DNA of 64,000 bases from an uncultured Chloroflexia bacterium. Its GTDB lineage: Bacteria; Chloroflexota; Chloroflexia; Thermomicrobiales; UBA6265. The position numbers and the translations under genes were made by a program. Below the pieces are notes generated by a model that did no database searches, was not told the origin of the DNA, and saw nothing but the letters and a program-made list of their open reading frames with translations. Position 1 is the first letter of the stretch. Each line of letters starts with the position of its first letter. Location: NCBI GenBank assembly GCA_963724295.1, contig CAVRUC010000001.1, forward strand, positions 128,001 to 192,000. Direction: 5' to 3'. Positions 47,577 to 58,459 of this stretch are shown here, in pieces.

Positions 47577-49310
47577 GTGGCAGCGCCAGTCGGGGCCTTC
47601 ACATTCATGTTGCATAGCCATCTTCCATACGCCAGACAGGCGGGGATGTGGCCACACGGCGAGGAGTGGGTGCACGAGGCCATTGCCGAAACCTATGTCC
47701 CACTTCTGAACGCTCTCTACGACCTGCGCGAAGAGGGCATTGCCTTCCGGCTGACGATCGGCATTACGCCGATCCTCGGCGAGCAGCTGGCCGATCCGTT
47801 GATCGTGGAGCACTTCATCGCCTACGCCGCCGAACGGGCCGCCAAAGCGGCGCTGGACGTGGACCGCTTCGAGCGAGCGGGCGATGTCACATTTCGCGAC
47901 CTGGCTCGCTTCTATCACCACTGGTACGCACGGGTGCTCACGTCGTTCCAGGACAGATTCGGCGGCAATCTGCTTGGCGCGTTCGGCACGTTGCAGGACG
48001 AAGGGCTCGTCGAAATCGCCACCAGCGCCGCCACCCACGGCTACCTGCCGCTCCTCTCCCGCGATTCCTCGATCCACGGGCAGCTTCACACCGGAGTCGA
48101 AACCTACCGCCGATGGTTTGGGCGGTCGCCGCAAGCGGTCTGGCTGCCCGAATGCGCTTATCGACCCGCGATCATTGAAGACGAAGGTGGGCGGGCTGTG
48201 CGCCGGCCTGGCCTGGAATCGTTCCTCGCCGAGGAAGGGCTACTGGTCTTTTTCAGCGAAACCCACACGGTCGAAGGCGGCCGCCCGGTCGGAATGGCGG
48301 TGCCCGGCACGATCGGACCGTACGGCATGATCGCCCGGCGCTACGCCTCGACGATCACCCCGCCGGAGCCGGACCAGCAGCTGGCGCCGGGAACCTCGCT
48401 TCGCCCCTACTGGGTCGGCGACGCCCCGGGGCAAGTGGCCGTCCTGGCCCGGCACGAGCGGACTGGCCAGCAGGTCTGGTCGGCGGCATTCGGGTACCCC
48501 GGGGACTTCGTCTATCGCGAGTTTCACCGCAAGGACGCCGAGTCCGGCATGCAGTATTGGCGGGTCTCCGGGGCGGGCGTTGACCTTGGCCGGAAGCAGC
48601 CGTACGACCCACAGCGTGCCGCCGATCAGGTCCAGTCGCACGCCGACCACTACGTCCACCTGATCGAGGAGCAGCTGCGCGAATTTCACGAGCAAAGCGG
48701 CGAGTTCGGCTCCATCACGGCGTCGTACGATACCGAGCTCTTCGGTCACTGGTGGTTCGAGGGCGTCGATTGGTTGAAGGCGGTCCTGCGCGGGCTTGCC
48801 GGGCGGCCGGCTGTCGAGCTCAGCACGGCGAGCCGGGTCGTCGAGGAGCACCCGCCGCGCGAGGTGCTGTCGCTGCCGGAATCGAGCTGGGGAGCCGGGG
48901 GCGGCCACTTCACCTGGCTGAACGACGATACAGAGTGGATGTGGCCCTTGATCCACGCCGCCGAACGTCGCATGGAAGACCTCGTCACCCGTTTCCCCAG
49001 CTCGGACGGCACCCGTCGCGACGTGCTCAATCAGGCTGCCCGAGAGCTTCTTCTCCTGCAGAGCAGCGACTGGCCATTCCTGGTGACCACGCTCCAGGCG
49101 AAGGTGTACGCCGTCGAACGCTTCCAGGAGCACCTCGAACGGTTCGATCAGCTTGCCGCGCTCGCCGAGGCCGGCACCTATTCCGCCGCGGACGAGAACT
49201 ACCTCGCCGCGCTGCGCGAGCGCGATAACCCGTTTGCAACGATCGATTATGGGGATTGGGCGCCACGCCAGGGCTACGTCGGGGTGCCTCCCGCGGCGTC
49301 TGCTGTCTGA
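47577..49310 (+). CDS. GH57 1,4-alpha-glucan branching enzyme (DUF1957)
   Basis: LHSHLPY, ETYVPLL, WLPECAY, DTELFGHWWFEG, QSSDWPF. Confidence 0.92.
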   Translation: MAAPVGAFTFMLHSHLPYARQAGMWPHGEEWVHEAIAETYVPLLNALYDLREEGIAFRLTIGITPILGEQLADPLIVEHFIAYAAERAAKAALDVDRFERAGDVTFRDLARFYHHWYARVLTSFQDRFGGNLLGAFGTLQDEGLVEIATSAATHGYLPLLSRDSSIHGQLHTGVETYRRWFGRSPQAVWLPECAYRPAIIEDEGGRAVRRPGLESFLAEEGLLVFFSETHTVEGGRPVGMAVPGTIGPYGMIARRYASTITPPEPDQQLAPGTSLRPYWVGDAPGQVAVLARHERTGQQVWSAAFGYPGDFVYREFHRKDAESGMQYWRVSGAGVDLGRKQPYDPQRAADQVQSHADHYVHLIEEQLREFHEQSGEFGSITASYDTELFGHWWFEGVDWLKAVLRGLAGRPAVELSTASRVVEEHPPREVLSLPESSWGAGGGHFTWLNDDTEWMWPLIHAAERRMEDLVTRFPSSDGTRRDVLNQAARELLLLQSSDWPFLVTTLQAKVYAVERFQEHLERFDQLAALAEAGTYSAADENYLAALRERDNPFATIDYGDWAPRQGYVGVPPAASAV

Positions 49311-50821
49311 TCGAGGAGATCGGGAAGCAGCGCGCGCAGCGGCAACGCGAGCCAGTCCGGTCGATTCCTCACTTCGTAGGCGACCTCGTAGAGCGCCTTG
49401 TCCAGCTCCCAGGCGGCCAGCGCCCGGGCGAAGGCCGCTTCGTCGCCTGGCACGAATCGCAGTTCGCTAGCGACCAGCGCTTGGCGGTATCCCGCGAGGA
49501 ACCCGCGGCGGGCCCCCAGCTCCCAGGACTCGAGCCGGCTCCTCGCCGCAGAGCGGTCCGCGGAAACGCCAGCGGACCGCTCTGCGGCGCCCCGCGCATA
49601 GGCAAACGACCGCAGCATGCCGGCGACATCCTTCAGCACCGACGCTCGTTGACGCCGTTCCTCCAGGGATCGCGCCGGCTCTCCCTCGAAGTCGATGATG
49701 ACCCAGTCTCCGTCCGGCGTGCGCAGCGTCTGACCGAGGTGATAATCGCCATGGACGCGGATGCGCCGCGTCCCCAGCTCGTCCCGGTAACCGCTGGCAC
49801 GCTCGTCAAGCGCCCGCAACCCCGCGATCGTGTCAGGCAGTCTGCTGGCGATGTCGGGTGGCAGGTGACCCCGGCGCTCCTGGAGGAGCCGGATCGTCTC
49901 ATCGATCGCGGCTCGGGTGCGGTCGGTATCTCTGTCGATGGCCGCACGATCGGTCGTCTCGGGGAAAAACCCGGGATCCTGGACCACTCCGAGCGCGACA
50001 TGCAGCTCGCCAGTCCTCTGGCCCAGTCGCTGCTCCGCGGCAAACCGGTCGGCCCCCGGGTCGATGTCTCCCGCGGCGACCCCGGCCAGCCGCTGCAGCA
50101 GCCACGACCAACCGTCACCGATATTCGGGACAAACCCCTGCGCCAGCGCGACCGCGTATGGTGCTCCATCTGCCGAACGCCAGGAAACGGAGCCGGCGTA
50201 GCGCGGCACTCGCTCGAACCTGACGTCAGCCAGCGCGCGCAGGACCTCTTCGTCGGGATTGAGCCCCGGTTGCAGACGTCGAAAGAGCTTGACAATCAGG
50301 ACGTCGCCGAAGCGCAACGACGAGTTGCTCTGCTCCGCCCGAACCACCGTAGGGGGAATGCCACGAGCGGCCGCAATATCGGCACCGGCGGCAGGGTGGG
50401 CGGCAAAAGTCCAGTTCCCGTGCGCCGCGTCATTCGTTCCGGCCACGTGATCGAGCAGCCAGCCGCCAAACCACGGTCGGTCGGTCGCGTCGACGACCAC
50501 ACCAGTAACATCACCGGTCTCGACCCTGGTGATGGTTTCCGCGGATTCTTCAGATTCGGTCAACGCCAGCGGCAAGAGATAGCGCGCCACGTTTCCATCG
50601 CCGAACGTGACCCGCGCTACTGCCAGCGCGAGCCAGTCCAGGCCGGCGCGCTCGATGAGCGCATCCTCGATCGCCGCCCCAGTGATGCCACGGCCCTTGT
50701 CCGCGAACCAGCGACGGGTCTCCAGCCAGTTCGGCAGCGCTTCGGCGCCGGTTTCGCTGAGCAGGGACCGGATAGCGCTGGCTCTGACCTCATCCGGTTG
50801 CAATGCGCCGGATGAGCTCAT
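49274..50821 (-). CDS. mak: Maltokinase (Mak/Pep2)
   Basis: [57 protein letters not shown] overlap with treS. Confidence 0.92.
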   Translation of the reverse strand: MSSSGALQPDEVRASAIRSLLSETGAEALPNWLETRRWFADKGRGITGAAIEDALIERAGLDWLALAVARVTFGDGNVARYLLPLALTESEESAETITRVETGDVTGVVVDATDRPWFGGWLLDHVAGTNDAAHGNWTFAAHPAAGADIAAARGIPPTVVRAEQSNSSLRFGDVLIVKLFRRLQPGLNPDEEVLRALADVRFERVPRYAGSVSWRSADGAPYAVALAQGFVPNIGDGWSWLLQRLAGVAAGDIDPGADRFAAEQRLGQRTGELHVALGVVQDPGFFPETTDRAAIDRDTDRTRAAIDETIRLLQERRGHLPPDIASRLPDTIAGLRALDERASGYRDELGTRRIRVHGDYHLGQTLRTPDGDWVIIDFEGEPARSLEERRQRASVLKDVAGMLRSFAYARGAAERSAGVSADRSAARSRLESWELGARRGFLAGYRQALVASELRFVPGDEAAFARALAAWELDKALYEVAYEVRNRPDWLALPLRALLPDLLDQTADAAGGTPT

Positions 50822-52476
50822 GCGGAGACGGGAGACGGGCGCTCTAATCTGAACCAATAGAAGCTATGCGGACCGAATGTCAAGAAGTAGGGCAGCTCGC
50901 CAATCGGCGGGAACGGCGTCTCACCGATCAGCTCGATCGGTTGCCACCCGTTGTACGCGCTGAGATCGAGCTGCGATGGTTGCACGAACCTCGAGAGATT
51001 GACCACACACAGCAGCACTTCGTCCGCGTACGCGCGCACGTAGGCGAGCACCGTGCGATTGTCGGCGTTCAAGAATTCGAGCGATCCTCGGCCGAAGGCG
51101 CGATACCGCTTTCGGACACGGATGATGCGGCGCATCCACTCCAGCAGCGAGGTCGGCAGCCGCTCCTGCGCCTCGACATTGACCGCCTGAAACCCATAGA
51201 CCGGGTCGGCGATGACCGGCTCATACAGCCGCGCGGCATCGGCCCGGGAGAAGCCGGCGTTCCGGTCGCCTGACCATTGCATCGGGGTCCGCACCCCGTT
51301 GCGATCGCCGAGGAAAACGTTGTCCCCCATCCCCAGCTCGTCGCCGTAATAGAGCACCGGCGTGCCTGGCAGTGACAGCAGCAGCGAGTTCATGAGCTCG
51401 ATCTTGCGGCGACTGTTCTCGAGCAGCGGCGCCAACCGGCGGCGAATACCGAGGTTGCGTCGCATCATTGAGTCTTTCGCGTACTCGGAATACATATAGT
51501 CGCGCTCTTCGTCGGTGACCATCTCCAATGTCAGCTCGTCGTGGTTGCGCAGGAAGATCGCCCACTGCGCGTTCTCCGGAATAGGCGGCGTGCGGTTCAT
51601 GATCTCGACGATCGGGATCCGGTCCTCGCGGCGGATGGCCATGAACATGCGCGGCATGACCGGGAAATGGAACGCCATGTGGAATTCCGGTTCTTCAGGT
51701 GTCCCGAAGTACTCGACGACGTCTTCCGGCCACTGGTTGGCCTCGGCGAGCAGGATCTTGCCCGGAAACTCCGTGTCGACCATCTGCCTCAGGCGCTGCA
51801 GGAACTCGTGTGTCTCGGGAAGGTTCTCGCAGATCGTTCCCTCCCGCTCGATGAGATACGGCACGGCATCACAGCGGAACCCGTCCAGACCCATGCCCAG
51901 CCAGTAGCGAACGATGTTCAGCATCTCTTCCTGGACGGCCGGGTTGTCGTAGTTGAGATCAGGCTGGTGGCTGAAGAAGCGATGCCAGAAGTAGAGACCG
52001 GCTTCCGGGTCATACGTCCAGTTCGAGACCTCGGTATCGATGAAGATGATGCGCGCGTCCGGGTAGCGGGTCGGGTCATCGCTCCAGACGAAGTAATCCC
52101 GATAGGGCGACTCCGGATCCTTGCGAGCTTCCTGAAACCAGGCATGCTGGTCAGAGGTGTGGTTGACGACCAGATCGGCGATGACCTTCAGCCCGCGCTC
52201 GTGCGCCGCGTCGAGCAGCGCCTTGAAATCCACAACGGTTCCGTAATCGTGGTGGATGCTCATGAAATCGGCGATGTCGTAACCGTCATCCTTGTACGGC
52301 GACGGATACATCGGCAAGAGCCAGATGCAATCGACGCCAAGCTGCTTGATGTAATCGAGTTTCTCGGTCATGCCCCGGAAGTCGCCGATCCCGTTGTTGT
52401 CGGAATCGAAGAACGATTTGACGGGCGCTTCGTAAAACACCGCGTCCTTGAACCAGAGCGGGTCGCTACTCATCAT
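50818..52476 (-). CDS. treS: Trehalose synthase / maltose alpha-D-glucosyltransferase (GH13)
   Basis: [60 protein letters not shown]. Confidence 0.97.
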   Translation of the reverse strand: MMSSDPLWFKDAVFYEAPVKSFFDSDNNGIGDFRGMTEKLDYIKQLGVDCIWLLPMYPSPYKDDGYDIADFMSIHHDYGTVVDFKALLDAAHERGLKVIADLVVNHTSDQHAWFQEARKDPESPYRDYFVWSDDPTRYPDARIIFIDTEVSNWTYDPEAGLYFWHRFFSHQPDLNYDNPAVQEEMLNIVRYWLGMGLDGFRCDAVPYLIEREGTICENLPETHEFLQRLRQMVDTEFPGKILLAEANQWPEDVVEYFGTPEEPEFHMAFHFPVMPRMFMAIRREDRIPIVEIMNRTPPIPENAQWAIFLRNHDELTLEMVTDEERDYMYSEYAKDSMMRRNLGIRRRLAPLLENSRRKIELMNSLLLSLPGTPVLYYGDELGMGDNVFLGDRNGVRTPMQWSGDRNAGFSRADAARLYEPVIADPVYGFQAVNVEAQERLPTSLLEWMRRIIRVRKRYRAFGRGSLEFLNADNRTVLAYVRAYADEVLLCVVNLSRFVQPSQLDLSAYNGWQPIELIGETPFPPIGELPYFLTFGPHSFYWFRLERPSPVSA

Positions 52477-52638
52477 GCCTCCAGAGACGCCGGTCTCTCG
52501 CCCGCGCCATCACAACGTCAACAGCGCGCATTATCCTCACCCGCGGCTCGGACGGCGAAGAGGTCAACGAAACCTGGCCAGCGCGATATCATGATGATGT
52601 GATGAACCTCCTGTGCCGGTCCGAAATGGCCGCTCACC

Positions 52639-53769
52639 ATGGGTAACCTGGTTGCCGGCCAGCCCGCGCTTCGTATCGAAACCGCGGTCTCGCTGCCGCT
52701 CGATTTGATCTCGGTCCTCTCCCTCATCTACCGCGCTGTCCTGGGCAGCGATCTCGACCCGTGGCTGGTCGAGGCGCGAGGCCGGCTCCCTGATCCCGTT
52801 CGCGCGGATCTCGATTTGCTGCACGGCTTCTCTGGCCGGCTCCTCTACTATCCCGAGGAACCGGTCATGCGCTTCGAACCGCTGCGTGCGGACCGGCTGG
52901 ACGCGACCTTCGACGATTTGCTCGCGTTTATGGCCGGCATTCCCGCCAGCGAGTATCGCGAGATGGTTGGGCACGCGTTGCAGCGGGTCTACGCCGATCT
53001 CGAAATGCGCTGGCGGCCGCCGACCGACGAGGAATCGTGGTCCCGCGTGCTGGCTCCGGCACTTACGACAACGCCCCTCGCCGAGGTCCTGGCGCTCATC
53101 GCCGATCCCGAGCAGCTGAAGCGGCGGACCATCGCCCTCTACCAGGGCGTCTGGGAGGCGGTCTATCAGGAGGCGCGCGTGACCGAGCTGCCGATGCTGC
53201 GTGAAGCCGCCCTGCGGGGAGCGGCCTTCAGCGACCGGGGATTCTCCGAAGCCTACGCCGCCCTCACCGGTCAGCGCGTTCCGGAGGTCCTGGAGCGCCC
53301 GCCGGCGACGTTCACCCGGGTTGCGTTCTGCCCCTCCGCCCACCTCGGCGGCTTTGTCAGCTACATCGCGTACGAACCCGATCTCATCGTCTACTTTTCG
53401 GCGCCGCACTTCATCGATCGTTGCCGGGAGCGAGACGCGGCGCCCTCCCCGCCGCCTCCAAGCGATCGTTCGCCAGCCGGTGGCCAGGTCGATCTCCTCG
53501 ACGCCGCCCGCGCCCTAGCCGATCCAACGCGCCTGCGCATGCTCGACTTGTTGCTCGAAGGCGAGCTCTACGCCCAGGAGATCGTCGGTCGCCTGGGCGT
53601 CGCCCAATCGGCCGTATCGCGTCACCTTTCCCAGCTCGAGCGCGCGGGCCTGGTCACCGTTGAAGCACGACGCGGTTCGAAGTACTACGCGGTCAATCCC
53701 GCCCGCTTCGAGGCTGTAGCTTCGGCCCTGCAAGAGCGGAGCGCGAGAGCGAGAGCGCGCGTTTCGTAG
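52639..53769 (+). CDS. ArsR/SmtB-family regulator with long N-terminal domain and C-terminal HTH
   Basis: ALADPTRLRMLDLL...VAQSAVSRHLSQLERAGLV. Confidence 0.88.
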   Translation: MGNLVAGQPALRIETAVSLPLDLISVLSLIYRAVLGSDLDPWLVEARGRLPDPVRADLDLLHGFSGRLLYYPEEPVMRFEPLRADRLDATFDDLLAFMAGIPASEYREMVGHALQRVYADLEMRWRPPTDEESWSRVLAPALTTTPLAEVLALIADPEQLKRRTIALYQGVWEAVYQEARVTELPMLREAALRGAAFSDRGFSEAYAALTGQRVPEVLERPPATFTRVAFCPSAHLGGFVSYIAYEPDLIVYFSAPHFIDRCRERDAAPSPPPPSDRSPAGGQVDLLDAARALADPTRLRMLDLLLEGELYAQEIVGRLGVAQSAVSRHLSQLERAGLVTVEARRGSKYYAVNPARFEAVASALQERSARARARVS

Positions 53770-54251
53770 CTGTCGCGACGCTGGGCAGATTGCACCGAGG
53801 AACCGGCGCGGGTATCCTTGCTCGCTACTGACCTCCTGTCGAGTGGTGCGCCAAGCGACGAAGCTTCGCACGGATTATGCGAGGCTCGGTGGGCGAGGTC
53901 CGGAACTCCGGACGAGAGCCCCGCTGGCGCATTGTGCGTTGGCGCTCAAAAACTCGACGCCTTGGGCGACGTTAGCCGGTCGCCCGGCAATACAACCCCA
54001 TTTTCCTCAGTCAGGCGTTCGCCGCGGCGTCGACGAGACGCAGTCGGGGCGCACGCCTCCTCTTCTCTCCTCCCGAAGCTCGCTCCCCGATCGCGGGCGA
54101 GCCGGTAATCCTCGGCAGCGATCGACCGAACGGCGGCACCCGGCGTCATGCCGGGTGCCATGCCGGCGGCGACACTTGACCGACCTTTCTGAGGCACCGT
54201 CGATCTCCGCCACCGACCGGCCTGGAACACCTCTGATTTATTGATATGTCC

Positions 54252-54890
54252 CTACGGGCTGAGGATGGCCTGCGGTCGCGACCGAAGTGGCTTCGGGCGA
54301 AACGTGCTTTGCACGCGCGCTCGCAGGACCGCGGCATCGCGGTCTCGCCCTGCCTGCGCATAGGCGTCAATCGCGGCCTCGTGTGCCGCCCGCTCCAATG
54401 TCCAGAACGCCGGCGTGCGAGTCAGGTCGAGCGCCGGGTCGAGCCTGGCGGCTTCCGCGAACGCGGCTCCGGCGGAAGCAAAGCGACGCTCCCGGCTCAA
54501 GGCCATGGCCCGCAGTGCGGCGGCGCGGGCCCGTCGCTCGTTGGCGGCCAGCGGCATCGAGCCATCAGGCAGTGCGGCCGGCACTGGCCCCTGATCCCGC
54601 GCCTCGGCGGTGGGACTCTCGCCCTCGCCCACGGCCGTGGCCACGAGCAGCGACTCCGTCGCGGCGTCGACTCCGCTCTGGATCAGTTCCGGCGCCGACT
54701 CGTGCAGCGGTTGTTCGACGGCCGGCATCGCGGCGCGAGTCGATCTGCCAGTCAGACGTTGCCAGGTCGCGTTGAGGCACATCACTGCCGGTTGGGAGAT
54801 CATCATGGGGCGGCCTCGATTCGTCGGCTGTGCCAACGCGTCGCCGGTAGGCGGCGGGCTGGGTTTGCGCCGGTGCGGGGTCAGCGCCAC
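54252..54890 (-). CDS. Hypothetical protein with C-terminal TPR-like helices
   Basis: AMALSRERRFASAGAAFAEAARLDP is TPR-like. Start is uncertain. Confidence 0.55.
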   Translation of the reverse strand: MALTPHRRKPSPPPTGDALAQPTNRGRPMMISQPAVMCLNATWQRLTGRSTRAAMPAVEQPLHESAPELIQSGVDAATESLLVATAVGEGESPTAEARDQGPVPAALPDGSMPLAANERRARAAALRAMALSRERRFASAGAAFAEAARLDPALDLTRTPAFWTLERAAHEAAIDAYAQAGRDRDAAVLRARVQSTFRPKPLRSRPQAILSP

Positions 54891-55018
54891 ATCGTGTCGA
54901 TTGGGCGGGGATTCTGGTTAAGTCCAGAGATCGCATCGTACCATCGGGACCGTACGGACACAAGACCGGCTGTGACTGCCAGGCATGATCGACCCGGCCC
55001 GCGGAAGGGATACACGCG

Positions 55019-55810
55019 TTGACCAACGGTCCGCAGACAGCTTCTTCCGGGGACCATGATCCAGCGGTCGCGGCACTCATCGAGATCGCCCGATCAGCGC
55101 GCGTCATCAGCGCGTTCACCGGCGCGGGGATCAGCACCGAGTCTGGCATTCCGGACTACCGGGGACCCGGAGGCGTCTGGGAGCGCAATGCCCCGCCGAC
55201 CCTCAGCGACTTCCGCCAGAACCCGGATACCCGCCGCCAATACTGGGATGAACGCCGCGAGCGATACCCGGCGCTGCGCGACACGCAACCAAATGCCGGA
55301 CATCTGGCACTGGCTCGGTTGCAATCCTCGGGCCGCCTCTCGTACGTCATCACCCAGAACATCGACGGGTTGCATCAGAAGGCCGGCAGCGACCCCGAGC
55401 GCACCATTGAGCTGCACGGGACGGCGCACCGGGTGCAATGTCTCGATTGCGGCGCGTCATGGCCGGCGGATCAGATCCAGGCCCGGCTCGAGCTCGAGCC
55501 ACTGCCCACCTGCGAAATCTGCGGCGGAATGATCCGAGCCGCCACGGTCTTGTTCGGCCAGGCGATGCCCGAGGACGCGCTACGGCGAGCGTTCGCCGTC
55601 GCTCGCGCGACTGATCTGATGCTGGTCGTCGGCAGCTCGCTGGTCGTCCAACCCGCCGCTCGTTTACCGGAAATCGCGGTAGCCAGCGGATCCCGGCTGG
55701 CCATCATCAACAACGAACCAACACCCCTGGACGGCCTGGCCGACATCGTCGTGCGCTCCAGCGCCGGCGCCGTCCTCAGCGCGCTCGCGGACGCCCTGCT
55801 CGACGAGTGA
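55019..55810 (+). CDS. cobB: NAD-dependent deacylase (sirtuin)
   Basis: GAGISTESGIPDYRG, TQNIDGLHQKAG, HG, CxxC...CxxC, GSSLVVQPA. Confidence 0.93.
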   Translation: MTNGPQTASSGDHDPAVAALIEIARSARVISAFTGAGISTESGIPDYRGPGGVWERNAPPTLSDFRQNPDTRRQYWDERRERYPALRDTQPNAGHLALARLQSSGRLSYVITQNIDGLHQKAGSDPERTIELHGTAHRVQCLDCGASWPADQIQARLELEPLPTCEICGGMIRAATVLFGQAMPEDALRRAFAVARATDLMLVVGSSLVVQPAARLPEIAVASGSRLAIINNEPTPLDGLADIVVRSSAGAVLSALADALLDE

Positions 55811-55816
55811 TTGGGG

Positions 55817-56686
55817 TCACGACGCCGCCGCGAGCTCCGGCTGGCAGACCGGGCAGTAGTACGTGCCGCGACCGCCTAGCTTGACCTTGATGATAGCCGT
55901 GCCGCACGTCGTGCAGGGCTCGTCTCGCCGCGCATGCACCGTCGGGAACCCATCACGGGGGTAGGCTCTGCCCCGCCGGATGGCGGCCCCACCTTGCTCG
56001 ATACCGCGATCCAGCGCCCAACCGATCGCCTCGTGCAACCGGGTGACCTCGTCCGGCTGCAAACTGTTCGCCGGTCTGCCAGGATGGATGCGGGCGCGGT
56101 GCAACGCCTCGTCGACGTAGATATTGCCCAGACCCGCGACCACTCGCTGGTCCAGCAACGCTTGCTTGACCGCGATCCGGCGGCGTTGCAGGCGAGCGGC
56201 GAGGTCGTCGCGAGCGAACTCGGCGGTGCCGGTTCCTTCGGGTCCAAACCGGAATGTCCCGAGCGCGTCATCGACGGCATCGGTCGGCATCAAACGCCAC
56301 CAGCCGAACTGCCGGATGTCGCTGTAGTAAGCGATGGTCTCCCCGAAGCGCAGCGTGAGGTGAGTCGCCTTGTGAGGAAACGGTCCTTCGGGATCGGGCA
56401 CGGGATGACCCGCGATCGCTCTCGTACCGTCCGGCCGTAGCACCGCAAGCTGACCGGCCAACTTGAAGTGGGTCAGCACGCTCAACCCATCCGACCAGTG
56501 GGTGACCAGGACTTTGGCACGACGATCGGTGCCGAGCAGGGTCCTCCCCACGAGCAGCCCCAGATCAGGCAACGGTGAGTCGCGAACGAGCTTCGGCAGT
56601 CTCAGCTCGAGACCCGTGAGCGTGCGCCCGGTCAGCTCGCGCTCGACGATTCTGCGGATGGTTTCGACTTCAGGTAGCTCGGGCAT
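55817..56686 (-). CDS. mutM: Fpg/Nei-family DNA glycosylase
   Basis: MPELPEVET, RRAK, LLDQ...GLGNIYVDE (H2TH), CTTC...RGTYYCPVCQ zinc finger. Confidence 0.9.
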   Translation of the reverse strand: MPELPEVETIRRIVERELTGRTLTGLELRLPKLVRDSPLPDLGLLVGRTLLGTDRRAKVLVTHWSDGLSVLTHFKLAGQLAVLRPDGTRAIAGHPVPDPEGPFPHKATHLTLRFGETIAYYSDIRQFGWWRLMPTDAVDDALGTFRFGPEGTGTAEFARDDLAARLQRRRIAVKQALLDQRVVAGLGNIYVDEALHRARIHPGRPANSLQPDEVTRLHEAIGWALDRGIEQGGAAIRRGRAYPRDGFPTVHARRDEPCTTCGTAIIKVKLGGRGTYYCPVCQPELAAAS

Positions 56687-56730
56687 GCATTGGTCAGGGT
56701 CGCCACCTACCGGCTCGAACCCTGGCTGCC

Positions 56731-57030
56731 TTACGACATCTCGCTCCAGCGCGGCCGGGACTTTATCCACTGCACCGCGGAATGCCCGGCACGCACCATC
56801 TCGGCTTCGTTGTGCGAGGCGCTTTGCACCCGAGCCATGACATCCCAGGTTGCGTGCTTCGGATCCCGGTGACGCGCCTGATGAAGTACCTGGGGCGGTC
56901 CCAACAACCGCCCAACCGTCGAGTATTGAACCATCCAGCCCTCGCTCGTCAGGGTCAGCGTCACCTCCGCGCGGTCGCTCTTCCAGGTAAACGCGTCGCC
57001 GGCCGTGATGTCATACGGTCCCCCACCCAC
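56731..57030 (-). CDS. Small hypothetical protein
   Basis: 99-aa ORF with globular-looking composition, co-oriented between the M48 gene and mutM. Confidence 0.5.
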   Translation of the reverse strand: MGGGPYDITAGDAFTWKSDRAEVTLTLTSEGWMVQYSTVGRLLGPPQVLHQARHRDPKHATWDVMARVQSASHNEAEMVRAGHSAVQWIKSRPRWSEMS

Positions 57031-57273
57031 TGCTGTCCCGTCCCCTCACCAGCAGCGCGTCGCTGCGCCGAACGTTCGTCGGGCATTGTTTTGAGTCTCG
57101 CCGAGCGGGACTGGCCGTCCTCGAATTCGGACGAAGCAGAGGCCTCGCGCGGTGTCCCCCGGACCGCGACGGTCCCAGCCAACTCGATGCAGAAACCGCA
57201 GTTTAGCGCATTGCGAGGACTTCTTGTCACCCCATCCTCGAGGAGCGAAATTCACGAGCATTTTATCCCGAAA

Positions 57274-58425
57274 TCACGCTTGCGCAACCCGGGCGGCGCG
57301 AATGCGCTCGACGATCGGCGGGTGCGAGTAGAGCATCACGACCACCGGTCGCGGCGGATCCGGGTCCGCCAGACTCTGTGCCGCCAGCCCTTCCATGGCC
57401 CGGGCGTAAGCCGCGCCATCACGCGTCAATTCGACCGCGAACCGGTCGGCACGCCGTTCCATGGCACGACTGAATGCCGCCTGCACAGGCATCAAGACCA
57501 GTCCAATCGCGGTCATGAGCAGGGCCAGCACTGGGAGCGAAGCCTCATCCGCGATGTCGTTGACCCCGGTTCGCCGCCGGGTCCGGAGGACCGCGAGCGG
57601 CCCGATCCGGGAGAGTAGCCACGCCGTTCCGAATCCGGCCCCCGCTCCGAACCCGATCAGTCGCCAGATGTCGCCGTGGACCTGATGCCCCAGCTCGTGC
57701 GCGACCACCGCCTCGACTTCATCCGAGGAGAACCCCGCCAGCAGCGTGTCGCCGAGCACGATCCGCTTGGTGTTGCCAAGCCCGGTGAACATGGCGTTCG
57801 GCTTCTCGCTCTGCCGGCTCATGTCCATCTCGTAGACATCGCTGATCCGCACACCGCTGCGCGCCGCCAGGGACCGGATCCGCGCCGCCAGCGCCTCGTC
57901 GCGGAGGGGCTCGAACCGGTTGAACAGCGGCATCAACAGCACCGGAGCCAGATTGCTCAGCGCGACGGTCAGCGGCACCGACGCGCCGGCGATGATCAGC
58001 CACCAGTCCCGCGGCCGGCGCCGGATGACCGCGTACGCCGCCGTCAACAACGGGGTCTCCAGCAAGACGCCAAGCAGGAGGCCCTTTGCCTGGTCACCGA
58101 GCCAGCCGCCGGTCGATTGCCTGGTCAACCCGAAGCGCCGCTCCACCTGGTGACCGCCGAGGTAGGCGACCGGCAAGCTGGAGAGCCAGGAAAGTGCCAT
58201 GGTCAACGCAAAGAACGCCGGCCGGGCCAGCCGCCGATCCCGCAGCCCACTCGCGACGGCGGCTTGCAGCCGCGCGGCCCGGCGATCCGACGCAAACCAC
58301 GCTAACCGGGCCACGGTCCAGAGCGTCGAGAGCAGGAGCATGGCGAGCTTCGTCCGGCTGTAGCGCTTCGCCTTGGCCACGTCCAGACCCGGAATCTCGA
58401 TCGGTTCCCGTTGGGCTTTCTTCAT
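57274..58425 (-). CDS. M48 (Ste24/CAAX-like) membrane metallopeptidase
   Basis: PLFNRFEPL, NAMFTGLG, AHELGH (HEXXH), ERRADRFA, SHPP. Confidence 0.93.
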   Translation of the reverse strand: MKKAQREPIEIPGLDVAKAKRYSRTKLAMLLLSTLWTVARLAWFASDRRAARLQAAVASGLRDRRLARPAFFALTMALSWLSSLPVAYLGGHQVERRFGLTRQSTGGWLGDQAKGLLLGVLLETPLLTAAYAVIRRRPRDWWLIIAGASVPLTVALSNLAPVLLMPLFNRFEPLRDEALAARIRSLAARSGVRISDVYEMDMSRQSEKPNAMFTGLGNTKRIVLGDTLLAGFSSDEVEAVVAHELGHQVHGDIWRLIGFGAGAGFGTAWLLSRIGPLAVLRTRRRTGVNDIADEASLPVLALLMTAIGLVLMPVQAAFSRAMERRADRFAVELTRDGAAYARAMEGLAAQSLADPDPPRPVVVMLYSHPPIVERIRAARVAQA

Positions 58426-58459
58426 CAATTACACCATTCGAAGCTTTGTCGCGCGAACC

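Noticed and set aside
49256..50815. 519-aa plus-strand ORF
   Set aside because: Antisense shadow of maltokinase with Arg/Pro-rich, non-protein-like composition typical of high-GC DNA.
53890..53925. SRP RNA-like AGGTCCGGAA
   Set aside because: The following GGAAGCAG half of the conserved SRP loop is missing.
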